31,651 bases of DNA, from IMG/VR virus record IMGVR_UViG_3300027974_000099, positions 1 to 31,651 of that record, one strand, 5' to 3'. This document shows, piece by piece, positions 16,854 to 25,666 of this stretch. This DNA comes from a virus (lineage: Duplodnaviria > Caudoviricetes). Positions within the stretch are counted from its first letter, which is position 1; each line of letters opens with the position of its first letter. Below the pieces are notes generated by a model that saw only the letters and a list, made by a program, of their open reading frames with translations, had not been told where the DNA came from and ran no database searches. Both the position numbers and the translations under genes were made by a program.

Positions 16854-17537
16854 CTAGATTCCGCCGCCGTAGCGAAGTGCGTTGCGCCACTGCTCTGGAA
16901 TCTTGCCAGACGCCAAGGCGATCTTCGTGGCTCGCTCCATGTACTCTCTGCCACGCAGCTGCCGCGTGAACGAGAAGACGCCCATCTGCGGAACGCCGTT
17001 CCTGCCGCCTGCCATTGGCTGCGAGTTCGTCAGACGACCGTACACCTTGCGGCTGTACTTGGACTGACCCTTTCTGGCAAATGGCTGAAACCAGTATTTC
17101 GCCGTGCCGCCGTACGCCTGGAGCGAAGCCACCTTGTAGCCTCGGGTGTCACCAGGGCCAATAATCGCCGTTTTGCTGGTTGTGCTGTAGTCATACATGA
17201 TGCTTTTCCAGAGGAAGCCGTCAGGGAATCGGCTCGTCTTCCAGCTGGTCACAATGTCGGACTTTGGCACCTTGTCGATCACGGCGTACAGCTCGTATCC
17301 CTGCCGCTCGCCTATCTTGTACCGTATGTCTGTCTTCGGCCTCGGTGTTCTGCGGCTAATGACGCTGCCTTTATTGCGAGCGACATTGAACACAACTCGC
17401 CCAGCCTTCTTGAGCGAACGCGCGTTCGCATCACCAAGCATCTTCTTGACCTTTGGCAAGTCCCACTTGAACTTCGTCCCTACACGAAATCGAAACGGTG
17501 CCGGGAAGAACGACGGGTCAATTGCAACGATGGACAT
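16854..17537 (-). CDS. Tail completion / neck protein (HK97 gp10-like)
   Basis: Basic protein with SLKKAG..V...AR, LWKSIMY.Y, IIGP and REYMERA motifs; positioned between terminator and tube genes. Confidence 0.7.
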   Translation of the reverse strand: MSIVAIDPSFFPAPFRFRVGTKFKWDLPKVKKMLGDANARSLKKAGRVVFNVARNKGSVISRRTPRPKTDIRYKIGERQGYELYAVIDKVPKSDIVTSWKTSRFPDGFLWKSIMYDYSTTSKTAIIGPGDTRGYKVASLQAYGGTAKYWFQPFARKGQSKYSRKVYGRLTNSQPMAGGRNGVPQMGVFSFTRQLRGREYMERATKIALASGKIPEQWRNALRYGGGI

Positions 17538-17546
17538 GCCGGCCTC

Positions 17547-18008
17547 CTAAACAGTCGGCAGCACGTTGCTCTCAAACACCCGATACGTCGCCGTAATCAC
17601 TGCCCGCCAGACGTTCCGCTCTGTCAGTGCGTCGTCGGGATTCAAGTCGATGGCGACCGTCTGCGGACTCGTCACGCCAGCCGGCCACGTCACTGTCTGC
17701 CCGAACGAATGAGCACGCACCTGGAGCATGACGCTGTCGGCGAGGTCAAGCATTCCGTCAACTTCAGCGTCCGTCGTGACGTGCCGACCAACGAATATCG
17801 TCACGGTGTAATCGACTTGCATAATCTGACGGCTAAGACGCGACACGTCTGCGTTGCCTGGAACAACAAACACTCGAGGAACGCTCATAGCGTCTACGTC
17901 GATGTTCGCCCAGTTCTTACGCTCAACAACGGTGGACGTGATGTCCCACGTCACGGACTGCAAACCAATTGCTAGGCTGTCGGCGATGCCTCGCAGGACG
18001 CTGCTCAT
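17547..18008 (-). CDS. Tail terminator-like protein
   Basis: 153 aa, acidic, alpha/beta pattern (IADSLA..L, PRVFVVP, WRAVITATYR); position fits. Confidence 0.65.
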   Translation of the reverse strand: MSSVLRGIADSLAIGLQSVTWDITSTVVERKNWANIDVDAMSVPRVFVVPGNADVSRLSRQIMQVDYTVTIFVGRHVTTDAEVDGMLDLADSVMLQVRAHSFGQTVTWPAGVTSPQTVAIDLNPDDALTERNVWRAVITATYRVFESNVLPTV

Positions 18009-18163
18009 CTCACCACCCCCTCAATTGCCGTCCCGATTTCCACAGCCAGACTCTGCGCTTCGCTGCTTTCCGCCCACCTCACAAGTCGCGTGAGAACAAA
18101 CGGGCCTACCAGCGCAAGAGCTGCGTAGGCCAGGGCGACGGTGATGGTTTCGTTGTCAGTCAC
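18005..18163 (-). CDS. Small single-TM protein (52 aa), not in ORF track
   Basis: GTG start; MTDNETITVALAYAALALVGPFVLTRLVRWAESSEAQSLAVEIGTAIEGVVR*. It fills the gap exactly with 4-nt overlaps on both sides. Confidence 0.7.
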   Translation of the reverse strand: MTDNETITVALAYAALALVGPFVLTRLVRWAESSEAQSLAVEIGTAIEGVVR

Positions 18164-18642
18164 TGCAACGACTCCCACAGTGCGATATCTTCAGCGTAAA
18201 TGCCCCGCACGCGGGCCTCCTGCTCTGCCGTTAGCATTGGCTTGTCGGCCTCGTTGGTCGCGTCCTCTTGCGGCAGCGGAGTCGGCAGTCCCAGCCACTC
18301 GGCGGCTTCGTTTAGCTGATCTTCAAAGCGGAAGTAGCGTGCAAACGTCCCTTTCGGAAGCCTGCCATAAGCAGGGGCGTCTAGATGCTCCTCAAGCGTC
18401 CGCCACGGCCGATGTGCGACCATTGATCTAAAACGCTCGACTGGGTTTCGGACAATAAGTCCAAAGCCCGACTCGCCGTTCCACGACTCAGGCGGAAGCG
18501 AGCCCGCCGGATGCTGCCCGTCTGGTACGACAGTGTTTGGATACCACGCCGTGATCGCAGCCGATGCCAGCGAGTGACTGCCGCTACGCGGCGTCAGCAA
18601 TACCGCATTACCAGTAACAGGAGATCGCAAGACTTCGCCCAT
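18160..18642 (-). CDS. Sulfotransferase-family protein (PAPS-binding fold)
   Basis: 5'-PSB loop TPRSGSHSL, 3'-PB motif IVRNPVERFRS, RFED, and C-terminal IYAEDIALW. Confidence 0.75.
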   Translation of the reverse strand: MGEVLRSPVTGNAVLLTPRSGSHSLASAAITAWYPNTVVPDGQHPAGSLPPESWNGESGFGLIVRNPVERFRSMVAHRPWRTLEEHLDAPAYGRLPKGTFARYFRFEDQLNEAAEWLGLPTPLPQEDATNEADKPMLTAEQEARVRGIYAEDIALWESLQ

Positions 18643-18649
18643 AACGAAC

Positions 18650-19363
18650 CTATGTGAAATAGAGAACCACGGCGCCGGACCCGCCGGACCTGCTGCTTGT
18701 GCCGCCGCCGCCGCCGTATCCTGACGCTTTTGTTGTGTCAAACTTTCCTGATGCGCCCGAACCAAACGCCGCAGTCGCGCCGCAGTCCTCTACGGTTTTC
18801 CCACCAGCCAGACTAACTGCTGCCTTAAGTCCCGATACGTCAATCATTTGCCTGCGACCGCATGAGGCGACAGTGCCATTGCCTCCGACAGGGCCGCCGC
18901 GCTCACCATACTGCTGCCCCTCGCCGCCATTTGCGCCTCCGTCACCACCAGAGTAGGTGCCGTACCAAGTCGTTCCGGTGCCTGTTGTGCGACCACTCTG
19001 CCCGCTAATAGTCGCTCCGCCATAAGTCACCGTTGTGCTTGCCTGCCTCGCCACTCCTCCGGTTGTGCCAGCAGGCGCAACAGCGTAAGCAACAGACGAT
19101 CCGCCTGTTACTGTCCACGTCTTGTATGCCGTCCCACCGCCACCGCCGCCATATCCATAGCCACCACCGCCCACGGCCCATGCCTTCATGCTCGTTGCGC
19201 CGGATGGCACCGTGTAGCTAGTTCCGCTCGTGAGCAGCACCGCCATCGGTGAAAACGACGCCGCAACCGGCCACACTTGTGACGTGCCAAGATAAACCTT
19301 TGACACGCTCGCGGAGCCGAGCTTGTACGCCGATGGTGTTGCTGTGCCGAGATTAATCGCCAC
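18650..19363 (-). CDS. Glycine-rich fibre/appendage protein
   Basis: SGTSYTVPSGAT.MKAWAVGGGG..GGGGGG and terminal GGSGAVVLYF (glycine-rich domain); N-terminal VSKVYLGTSQVWP module. Confidence 0.8.
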   Translation of the reverse strand: MAINLGTATPSAYKLGSASVSKVYLGTSQVWPVAASFSPMAVLLTSGTSYTVPSGATSMKAWAVGGGGYGYGGGGGGTAYKTWTVTGGSSVAYAVAPAGTTGGVARQASTTVTYGGATISGQSGRTTGTGTTWYGTYSGGDGGANGGEGQQYGERGGPVGGNGTVASCGRRQMIDVSGLKAAVSLAGGKTVEDCGATAAFGSGASGKFDTTKASGYGGGGGTSSRSGGSGAVVLYFT

Positions 19364-19366
19364 TAC

Positions 19367-19669
19367 TCACCCGTTGATGATGTAGAGAGTTGTGGATGAC
19401 TTCGATCCGAGAGCGTCATACGACGACTGCGTCATTGATACGATGTTGGTGATCGCCGTCGCGCCAGTGATGCCGGTGGCAGATGACGCAGCCACGCCCG
19501 AAACGTCTGCCGCCGTGAGCGTCACAGCGCCAGTGCGACCGGCAACGCTACTGACAATGGCAGTTGGTGCCACCAGCTCCCAAGCGTTATTGCCAACGTA
19601 GACATACTGCCGCGAGTTCTGCGTCGATGTCTGGCCCACGCTGGGCGATGCTGGGAATGAGAATGGCAT
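19367..19669 (-). CDS. Short fibre adaptor protein
   Basis: FPASPSVGQT...W N-terminal module, VSSVAGRTGAVTLTAADV tail-fibre repeat, C-terminal MTQSSYDAL.SKSSTTLYII module. Confidence 0.75.
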   Translation of the reverse strand: MPFSFPASPSVGQTSTQNSRQYVYVGNNAWELVAPTAIVSSVAGRTGAVTLTAADVSGVAASSATGITGATAITNIVSMTQSSYDALGSKSSTTLYIING

Positions 19670-19714
19670 AAGTGAGTCCTTAGTAGTTCGCGCCAGTGAG
19701 TGTTTCGTTGTCGC

Positions 19715-20983
19715 TCACGAAACAGCCCATTTCGACGTGAGGTATGCACAAACGGAGTTCCTGTCTGTGCTAGATAGCGCCGAGTTGTAGACGACAATTT
19801 CAGCAACTTGTCCCGTGAGCCAGAACTGTTCCGACAACGCACCGATTGTGAAATCCGACTGCGACGATGCGACAGACGCGGAGCCTGACGTTGATGGAGC
19901 GGATGCGCTGACGCCTGCGGTGTTGTAAGCGGTTGCCCTCACACTGGCAGTTGCGCTCGTCATGTCGCCGGTCATCGTCAAAACACCAAAGGCATTTGCT
20001 GGAAAGAAATTGTCAGCGCTCGTCCAGCCTAAGATGCCGTCGCTGCTGTTCAGCACGCTGTGCCCGATCCTGCTTGAGCGGGGAATACTTGAGCGGTCGT
20101 CGTGGTAAATCGCCATTCCGGGGAGCCCAGAAAACGTACTGATCGTCGAGACAATTGGATTCAGCATATTGGGCGATGCAGCTAGGCCAGCACGCACGAC
20201 GCAGAAAATCGTGTACGCGCTGGCGTGCAGGAAGTTAAGCGATGCCGCACTGCCAGAGACGGCAATTCGCTGATTGCTGCTCGCAGAAAACTCCAGCGCG
20301 GCGAGCCCGTTTTGCTGCGCCGTCTTTCGCAATGGCCTGTATCCAGAAGTTGACTGCGTGGCGTGGCGCGAGTTGCCAGACTTGTCTTCCCACCTAGCAA
20401 CCGCGCCGTTGGCGGAGACGAGCGAGCCGCCGGTAGTGGCGTCGTACAGCGTTGATGCGTCGCTCGCGTCCAGCCAGAGTTGCAGGCCGGTGATGGCGGT
20501 TGGTGCAAATGGCACCCAGGTTGATACTGCCGCACGAACCCATGTGTTGGTTGCAGACGCGAGATAGAAATACGACCCGTCATAAGCTATCTGGCCGGCA
20601 GTTCCCGTTGCCGTTGCGGACGATGGAACGGATGACCATGAGATTGCGGCGCTGCTGCTGCCGCCGCCGCCAGAAGTTCCTGCTTCGACGTACACGCCTG
20701 ACGAGTCCCAGAAATAAAGGCGTCGAGCATTAGTCGCGTGGTAGATGGTTCCTGCGCTGCCCGTCGCGGGAAAACCGGCCACTGTCGTCGCCTCAACGAT
20801 GCTTGCGGAGCCGCCACCGCCACCGCCGCCAAGCGTCACGCTGACGATGTTGCCGGTGGTCGGGTTGCGCGTGAACAGCTTGTTGTCTTGGAAATTGAAA
20901 GCTATTTCGTTGGCAACCAAATCGCTGGTTGTGGGTACGGCGTTGGCTGTCCACGAACGCTTGGGGGTTATCTTGTTTGGAAT
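19715..20983 (-). CDS. Fibre protein with C-terminal LamG/concanavalin A-like lectin domain; probable ATT start
   Basis: LQLWLDASDASTL..VARWEDKSGN.RHATQ...GQVAEIVVYNSALS..R..V.AYL..KW (LamG-like). N-terminal KITPKRS....VP...DL..NEIAFN..DNKLF module begins at ATT 20983, after a GAGGTG SD. Confidence 0.8.
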   Translation of the reverse strand: MPNKITPKRSWTANAVPTTSDLVANEIAFNFQDNKLFTRNPTTGNIVSVTLGGGGGGGSASIVEATTVAGFPATGSAGTIYHATNARRLYFWDSSGVYVEAGTSGGGGSSSAAISWSSVPSSATATGTAGQIAYDGSYFYLASATNTWVRAAVSTWVPFAPTAITGLQLWLDASDASTLYDATTGGSLVSANGAVARWEDKSGNSRHATQSTSGYRPLRKTAQQNGLAALEFSASSNQRIAVSGSAASLNFLHASAYTIFCVVRAGLAASPNMLNPIVSTISTFSGLPGMAIYHDDRSSIPRSSRIGHSVLNSSDGILGWTSADNFFPANAFGVLTMTGDMTSATASVRATAYNTAGVSASAPSTSGSASVASSQSDFTIGALSEQFWLTGQVAEIVVYNSALSSTDRNSVCAYLTSKWAVS

Positions 20984-20991
20984 GTTTCACC

Positions 20992-23154
20992 TCAAGAGAC
21001 TGTGAGCGTTGCGGATTGGCTGTATACGGTCGTCGCACCAGTGGCCGACGCTGCGGCACGGTATCGAGTGCCAGAGTCAGCAGTCGTCAGACCAGTGAGC
21101 GAGAGCGTGGATGACGTGGCACCAGTGATGTCAGTCCACGTTGTGCCTGCGTCAAACGACCGCTGCCACTGGTAAGACACAGACGCACCGCTAGCAATCG
21201 ATGCATACGCTGTGAAAGTTGCCGTGCCTTGCGATAGAGCCGACCTCGCCATCGTCGAAGTGCCCGCCACCAGCAGCGTTGTTCCATCACCGGCAGACGA
21301 CAGCATCGCCGAAGAGGATGGAAGCGTGCCCTGCGACCAACTTGTCCCGTTGCTGCTGACAAGCACTACCGTTGAGGCACTTGAAGACGTGACAACAAAG
21401 AAAGAACCGCATCTTCGGACACGCGACCACGACCCAGACACTGGCAGCGACCGGGCCGTCCAGCTGATTCCATCGGCAGACGTGTAGACGGTGTTGCCAG
21501 ATTCTGGAAGAAGCACAAAAACGCCGGAGCCATACGCAACGCTGACATATTGGCCCGATGCTGGAAGCGTCCGGTTGGACCAATTTATGCCGTCGCTTGA
21601 TGTCATGTACGTGGTCAGCGTTGTCGTATACGTACTGCCTGAAAGCGTGTATCCGTTGAGAAGCGTTGAAACGAAGAGGCCGTTTCCAAACGCAATGTCT
21701 GTCACTGGGCCGCGGTATCCAAGGGCAGAGGAATACTGCCTCTCGGTCCACGACACACCGTCGCTTGACGTATGGAAATAAGACACGATTGGCGTGCCAT
21801 TGCCAGCAGTCATTAATCCGTGATACCGCATGACTGCCACATACAAGCCATATCCAACGGCAACGCTAGTAAAGTCTGCGTAGATGGGGGCAGACGCAGT
21901 TGCCGATTGCCACACAGAACCATTTGTGCTGTAAGCAATGAGCGGCGAGTCATCTGCGCCGGTCGATCTGCCCTTGCCAACGACAACGTAGTTTCCAGAC
22001 GACTTATAGGCCAGTTCGCGTGGCTCATGCCCGCCGGGAAGCGTAGCAGTAGTCCACGATGATAGATTTGTGGATGTGGCGATGTTTCCATTGGCGAGCG
22101 CAAACCATATTCCGTTCTGGTACGACACGCCTGTTAGCGTCACGTTTGCTGGCGCGTTTTGCGATGTCCAGCTAATCAGAGACACGCCAGACGTAGCACT
22201 CTGTGGCTGCGATCCGAACGTGAGGCCGTTGACAATCTGCCCGACGTAATCGCCACCGTCTACAGCGTCGTTCGCACCCAGCCCGCCCACGCTCGACAGC
22301 GTCAGCGTCGAGCCGTTCGCCGTCAGCGTGACGTTGCTGCCAGCCGCCAGCGTCAGTCCGCCCGTCAGGTTGTTCAGCGAGGTGACGTAGTTGTGTGCGT
22401 GGTTGGCGGCCGAGTAGCCAGACGACAGCCCAGAGACCAGCGTCGTGTTTGTGGGAAAGTTGGCAGGCGTGCCCGACAGGTTCGCGTAGGCGAAGGTAGT
22501 TTGCAGGTTGTGCGTATGGTCTGCCCTGGCCGCCAAGCTGCTGCTGCCAGCCGACGCCGTTCCGAGGTTCGCAGGCGTGCCGTCCGAGAGCGTGATCGAT
22601 GTGCCGTTCGCCCCGTTGCTACCGCTGGTGCCTGGATCGCCACGCGGGATAGTGAGGTCTAGCGTCACGTTCGCGCCACTGTTCGTCGTCGTGGCCGTCA
22701 CTGACGCAGACGAGCCTGCTGCACCCGTCACCACATTGCCGATGGCGAAACTCGGCGTGACGCCGTTGATGCCGTTGGCGCCTCGAGGAATGCCAAAAGC
22801 CAGCGTCAGATTGCTGCCGCTCACGTTGCTCGTCACAGTGGCGTTGCTGCCCGCGGTGAGAGTCGTGGTATTTCCAACGCTTACCAGCGTCGCCGGCCCA
22901 GCCGGGATGCCGAGGTCAATGCTCGCAGCGTAGGCCGTGCCGACGTTTTTTGCGTAGGCAGATGAGCCCGCAGCGAGAGTCTGCGTCGAGTTGATTGTCA
23001 GCGTGCCACTGACGACTGTCGCGTTGCCGGGCGAGATCGTGCCGAGAGCGACGTTGACCACGCCACCATTGCCGACAGTGGCGCTAACGGTCGAGCCGTT
23101 GGACACGGCGACGTTCGCTGCACCAGCGTTCGTGACGTTTACTGAGATGTCCAT
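20992..23154 (-). CDS. Long fibre/adhesin protein: stalk repeats, beta-propeller (S-x-D-G-x-x-W repeats), C-terminal Ig-like domain
   Basis: Repeated L.LGIP.G units; STNGSVW, SSDGVSW, SSDGINW, SADGISW, SSNGTSW; YQWQ...WTDITGATSSTLSL......DSGTRYR...SATLTVS. Confidence 0.82.
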   Translation of the reverse strand: MDISVNVTNAGAANVAVSNGSTVSATVGNGGVVNVALGTISPGNATVVSGTLTINSTQTLAAGSSAYAKNVGTAYAASIDLGIPAGPATLVSVGNTTTLTAGSNATVTSNVSGSNLTLAFGIPRGANGINGVTPSFAIGNVVTGAAGSSASVTATTTNSGANVTLDLTIPRGDPGTSGSNGANGTSITLSDGTPANLGTASAGSSSLAARADHTHNLQTTFAYANLSGTPANFPTNTTLVSGLSSGYSAANHAHNYVTSLNNLTGGLTLAAGSNVTLTANGSTLTLSSVGGLGANDAVDGGDYVGQIVNGLTFGSQPQSATSGVSLISWTSQNAPANVTLTGVSYQNGIWFALANGNIATSTNLSSWTTATLPGGHEPRELAYKSSGNYVVVGKGRSTGADDSPLIAYSTNGSVWQSATASAPIYADFTSVAVGYGLYVAVMRYHGLMTAGNGTPIVSYFHTSSDGVSWTERQYSSALGYRGPVTDIAFGNGLFVSTLLNGYTLSGSTYTTTLTTYMTSSDGINWSNRTLPASGQYVSVAYGSGVFVLLPESGNTVYTSADGISWTARSLPVSGSWSRVRRCGSFFVVTSSSASTVVLVSSNGTSWSQGTLPSSSAMLSSAGDGTTLLVAGTSTMARSALSQGTATFTAYASIASGASVSYQWQRSFDAGTTWTDITGATSSTLSLTGLTTADSGTRYRAAASATGATTVYSQSATLTVS

Positions 23155-23522
23155 CACGGCGCCTTTGGTACGAAGTCACCGCTGACGATGGTGCGAGTGA
23201 TGCCACCGGGAGCCACCCAGCGGACGAAATGCCGATACTTGATTGCAGGCGACAGCGTGGCGGTCTGTTCCTCAGTCACGCCCCATGCCAGCGTGCCAGC
23301 AGAAGCGTTCACGACAGTGATCGTAGGCGTGATTGCAGTCGCACCGACAGCGTTGATCGTGCCGCCGCCACCACCGAAAAAGCCGTTGGTGCTGACGACG
23401 TAGACGCCTGCCGTGAACGAATAGCCCGTCACGCTGGTGCCGAGTCCGAGCGTGAAGTTGAGCTCGTCGCCAACCACGAACGTGACCGTTAAATCGCCCG
23501 GCAGCTGTTCAAAAGTCGGCAT
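23154..23522 (-). CDS. Small beta-sandwich virion adaptor protein (BppU-N-like)
   Basis: 122 aa beta-rich; VGDELNF, ITVVNASAGTL, QTATL, TRTIVSG.F; coupled to the fibre gene. Confidence 0.6.
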   Translation of the reverse strand: MPTFEQLPGDLTVTFVVGDELNFTLGLGTSVTGYSFTAGVYVVSTNGFFGGGGGTINAVGATAITPTITVVNASAGTLAWGVTEEQTATLSPAIKYRHFVRWVAPGGITRTIVSGDFVPKAP

Positions 23523-23545
23523 TTCGTGGTTTCCTCTTGGCTGGC

Positions 23546-23577
23546 ATTGTCACGCCTGCTGCTGATTTTCAGACCGG
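23546..23577 (-). promoter_or_regulatory. Late-promoter-like motif, copy 3 (degenerate)
   Basis: CCGGTCT-N19-GACAAT in the intergenic gap, followed by GAGGA SD and ATG 23522. It lacks the CGGCA half. Confidence 0.5.
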
Positions 23578-23582
23578 CTAAG

Positions 23583-24479
23583 TCAGTACGCGCCGCCGTC
23601 AATCGTCGCGTCGTCAAGGACGCCAGCAGGACCGGTCGCACCTTGTGGTCCCTGCGGACCAGTAGCACCAGTCAGTCCCTGTGGTCCTTGAGGGCCAGCC
23701 GCGCCGGTCGGTCCTTGCGGGCCTGTCAGCCCCGTGTCGCCCTTTGCCCCTGTTGATCCAGCAGGACCAGTAGCACCTGTTGCTCCTGCAACTCCTTGCG
23801 GTCCTTGCGGACCAACGGCGCCAGCAACGCCTGCCGGTCCCTGCGGACCTGTGTCGCCTTGCGGTCCTGCTGGCCCTTGAGCACCAGCAGCACCAGGCAC
23901 GCCCTGCGGGCCGGTCGCACCGGCATCGCCTTTCGCCCCTGCTGCGCCGGTGTCTCCCTTTACGCCTGCTGGGCCTTGCGGTCCCTGCGGACCTGTAGAG
24001 CCAGTAGCACCAGCCACGCCCGGTGCCCCTTGCGGCCCAGTCAATCCAATGTCGCCTTTCGTACCGGCAGCACCCGTTGCCCCAGTTGGACCAGCTGGCC
24101 CTTGCACGCCAGCAACGCCCTGCGGGCCTTGCGGTCCTGTCGCACCAGTGGCTCCCGTGTCGCCTCGCGCACCGGCTACACCCGCCGGTCCTTGAGGACC
24201 AGCCGCGCCAGCCACACCCTGCGGTCCCTGCGGACCAGCAAGGCTAATCTCAGACCACGCTGCAAGATCGACAGCAAGCTTCCAGAACTTGCCGTCACTC
24301 AGCGTCAGCACCAGCATCCCGGCTTCACGCCGCAGCTGCGGGATCGCGTCTCTCTCTGCGACGTCGGCAACGCTTCGGTAGCCACCCTTGCCGTAGCGTG
24401 CCTCGTGCGAGGCGTGAGCGTCAGTCGTGTCAAACGGCACGACCGGCGCGAGTACGTTTGTGCCTCGAATCTGCGTCAT
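23583..24479 (-). CDS. Collagen triple-helix fibre protein
   Basis: About 80-aa N-terminal domain ([23 protein letters not shown]), about 69 uninterrupted G-X-Y triplets, C-terminal IDGGAY. Confidence 0.9.
   Translation of the reverse strand: MTQIRGTNVLAPVVPFDTTDAHASHEARYGKGGYRSVADVAERDAIPQLRREAGMLVLTLSDGKFWKLAVDLAAWSEISLAGPQGPQGVAGAAGPQGPAGVAGARGDTGATGATGPQGPQGVAGVQGPAGPTGATGAAGTKGDIGLTGPQGAPGVAGATGSTGPQGPQGPAGVKGDTGAAGAKGDAGATGPQGVPGAAGAQGPAGPQGDTGPQGPAGVAGAVGPQGPQGVAGATGATGPAGSTGAKGDTGLTGPQGPTGAAGPQGPQGLTGATGPQGPQGATGPAGVLDDATIDGGAY
23616..24236 (-). repeat. Collagen G-X-Y coding repeat
   Basis: 9-nt periodicity ([12 protein letters not shown] units). Confidence 0.9.
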
Positions 24480-25165
24480 GTGACCACCAGATTGACGGTT
24501 CCCGTGATCGGATACGTCGAGCGATGGATGCCGTAGGACAACGCCGTCTGCCCAGCGAACGTGATCGTCCGCTGCGTCGTCTCCCATGCGGACGACGTCA
24601 ATCCGCTGACAGAAAACGTCGGTACGCCAAAACTCGTCGGCAGAACGACGTAGATATACGCAGTCTGTGCTGTGATCGTCCTCGACTGTGCCCGAGTGCC
24701 TGCGAGGTCATTAGCGAGGCTTGCGACGATCTGGGCGTCAGTGATGGTCGTGGCAGCAAACGAGCCCCAGAAGCGACGCCTGAGCGTCGAAGCGACCTGT
24801 GCTGCCTCGGCAGTGGCAATCGTGTGAACTCGCACCGTCTGACGGAATGCGTCGCCGTAGTGAAACACTGGGACGCCACGCGGGCTCGTCACCTCGTATG
24901 TGATGTCCACGCCGTTGATCGTGTCAATGATTTTGTCATGCCGCAGCGGCTCGCCAAAGGGCAGCGTGCCAGCCTTGATAACGAAGTCACGGCTTTCCCA
25001 CTGCTCAATCACGCCGCTGGTGCCCTGCGACTCAAAGCGACTTGTGCCGATTGTGGCGCTGACAGTGCCGTAGTCCGCACCTCGAGCGTAGCGGACAGAC
25101 CGCGACGCACTCGCCGACAACTGGCCTGCGAGCCAAGACGCACCGCTGGCGAGTAGGTCGGACAT
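24476..25165 (-). CDS. Head closure / head-tail joining protein with extra C-terminal domain
   Basis: First ~110 aa (V.YARG, RDFVIK, P.RHDKI, VRVHT) fit a gpFII/stopper-like protein following the cement gene; followed by about 120 aa of beta-rich extension. Confidence 0.7.
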   Translation of the reverse strand: MSDLLASGASWLAGQLSASASRSVRYARGADYGTVSATIGTSRFESQGTSGVIEQWESRDFVIKAGTLPFGEPLRHDKIIDTINGVDITYEVTSPRGVPVFHYGDAFRQTVRVHTIATAEAAQVASTLRRRFWGSFAATTITDAQIVASLANDLAGTRAQSRTITAQTAYIYVVLPTSFGVPTFSVSGLTSSAWETTQRTITFAGQTALSYGIHRSTYPITGTVNLVVT

Positions 25166-25180
25166 AGGCACCTCGAACTA

Positions 25181-25230
25181 CAAGACCGCCGGCCAGGCGG
25201 AAAGGATGAAACGCGCTGGCCGGCGGCTTG
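25181..25230 (-). terminator. GC-rich stem-loop after the cement gene (possible weak terminator or RNA-stability element)
   Basis: CCGCCGGCCAG (25186-25196) pairs with CTGGCCGGCGG (25216-25226); followed on the minus strand by TCTTGT. Confidence 0.5.
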
Positions 25231-25248
25231 CAATGGGACGGGACAGGA

Positions 25249-25572
25249 TCAGCCCTGGTTGAGCAACACCTTGACGGTCGTGTCGCCGCTCGCTTGAGCG
25301 TACGCAGCCTTGCCAGCCCGCTTGTTGCTGCCGGCAGTCGTGGTGATGTTGCTGTTGGTGGAATCCCAGTAAACGATCACGCCCTGCGAGATCGCACCGG
25401 AAGCCTTCGGCAGCGTGAACACGCCCTCAATTGCCACGGCACCGAGTGCGTTGGCAGCGATAGCCCGAGGAGCAACGGTCACGAGATCGCCAAGCACGAC
25501 AACGTCGCCAGCCGCAACTGCGGAAGACGGCGTGTAGTCCAACAGGCAGTCGCCCTGAACATAATCAGCCAT
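25249..25572 (-). CDS. DUF2190 family capsid cement/decoration protein
   Basis: YVQGD.LDYTP...VAAGDVVVLG.L..VA...IAA..LGAVAIEGVFTLPK...IVYWD; directly after the major capsid gene. Confidence 0.9.
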   Translation of the reverse strand: MADYVQGDCLLDYTPSSAVAAGDVVVLGDLVTVAPRAIAANALGAVAIEGVFTLPKASGAISQGVIVYWDSTNSNITTTAGSNKRAGKAAYAQASGDTTVKVLLNQG

Positions 25573-25616
25573 GAGATCACCTACTTTCCTTGGTATGGGT
25601 TTGGTTGGGAATCATG

Positions 25617-25648
25617 CCGCCGGGCGGGCTTGGGCTCCCGCCCGGCGG
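25617..25648. other. Perfect 12-bp hairpin between capsid and cement genes
   Basis: CCGCCGGGCGGG-cttgggct-CCCGCCCGGCGG; no U-tract on the coding strand. Confidence 0.7.
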
Positions 25649-25666
25649 TCACGGTTTGTCTTCAGA

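Noticed and set aside
15721-18008. Contractile tail or contractile injection system
   Set aside because: No sheath, baseplate wedge or spike genes are recognisable; the architecture is siphovirus-like.
23616-24236. Repetitive DNA as CRISPR array or VNTR
   Set aside because: Fully explained by collagen G-X-Y coding; no constant repeat-spacer structure.
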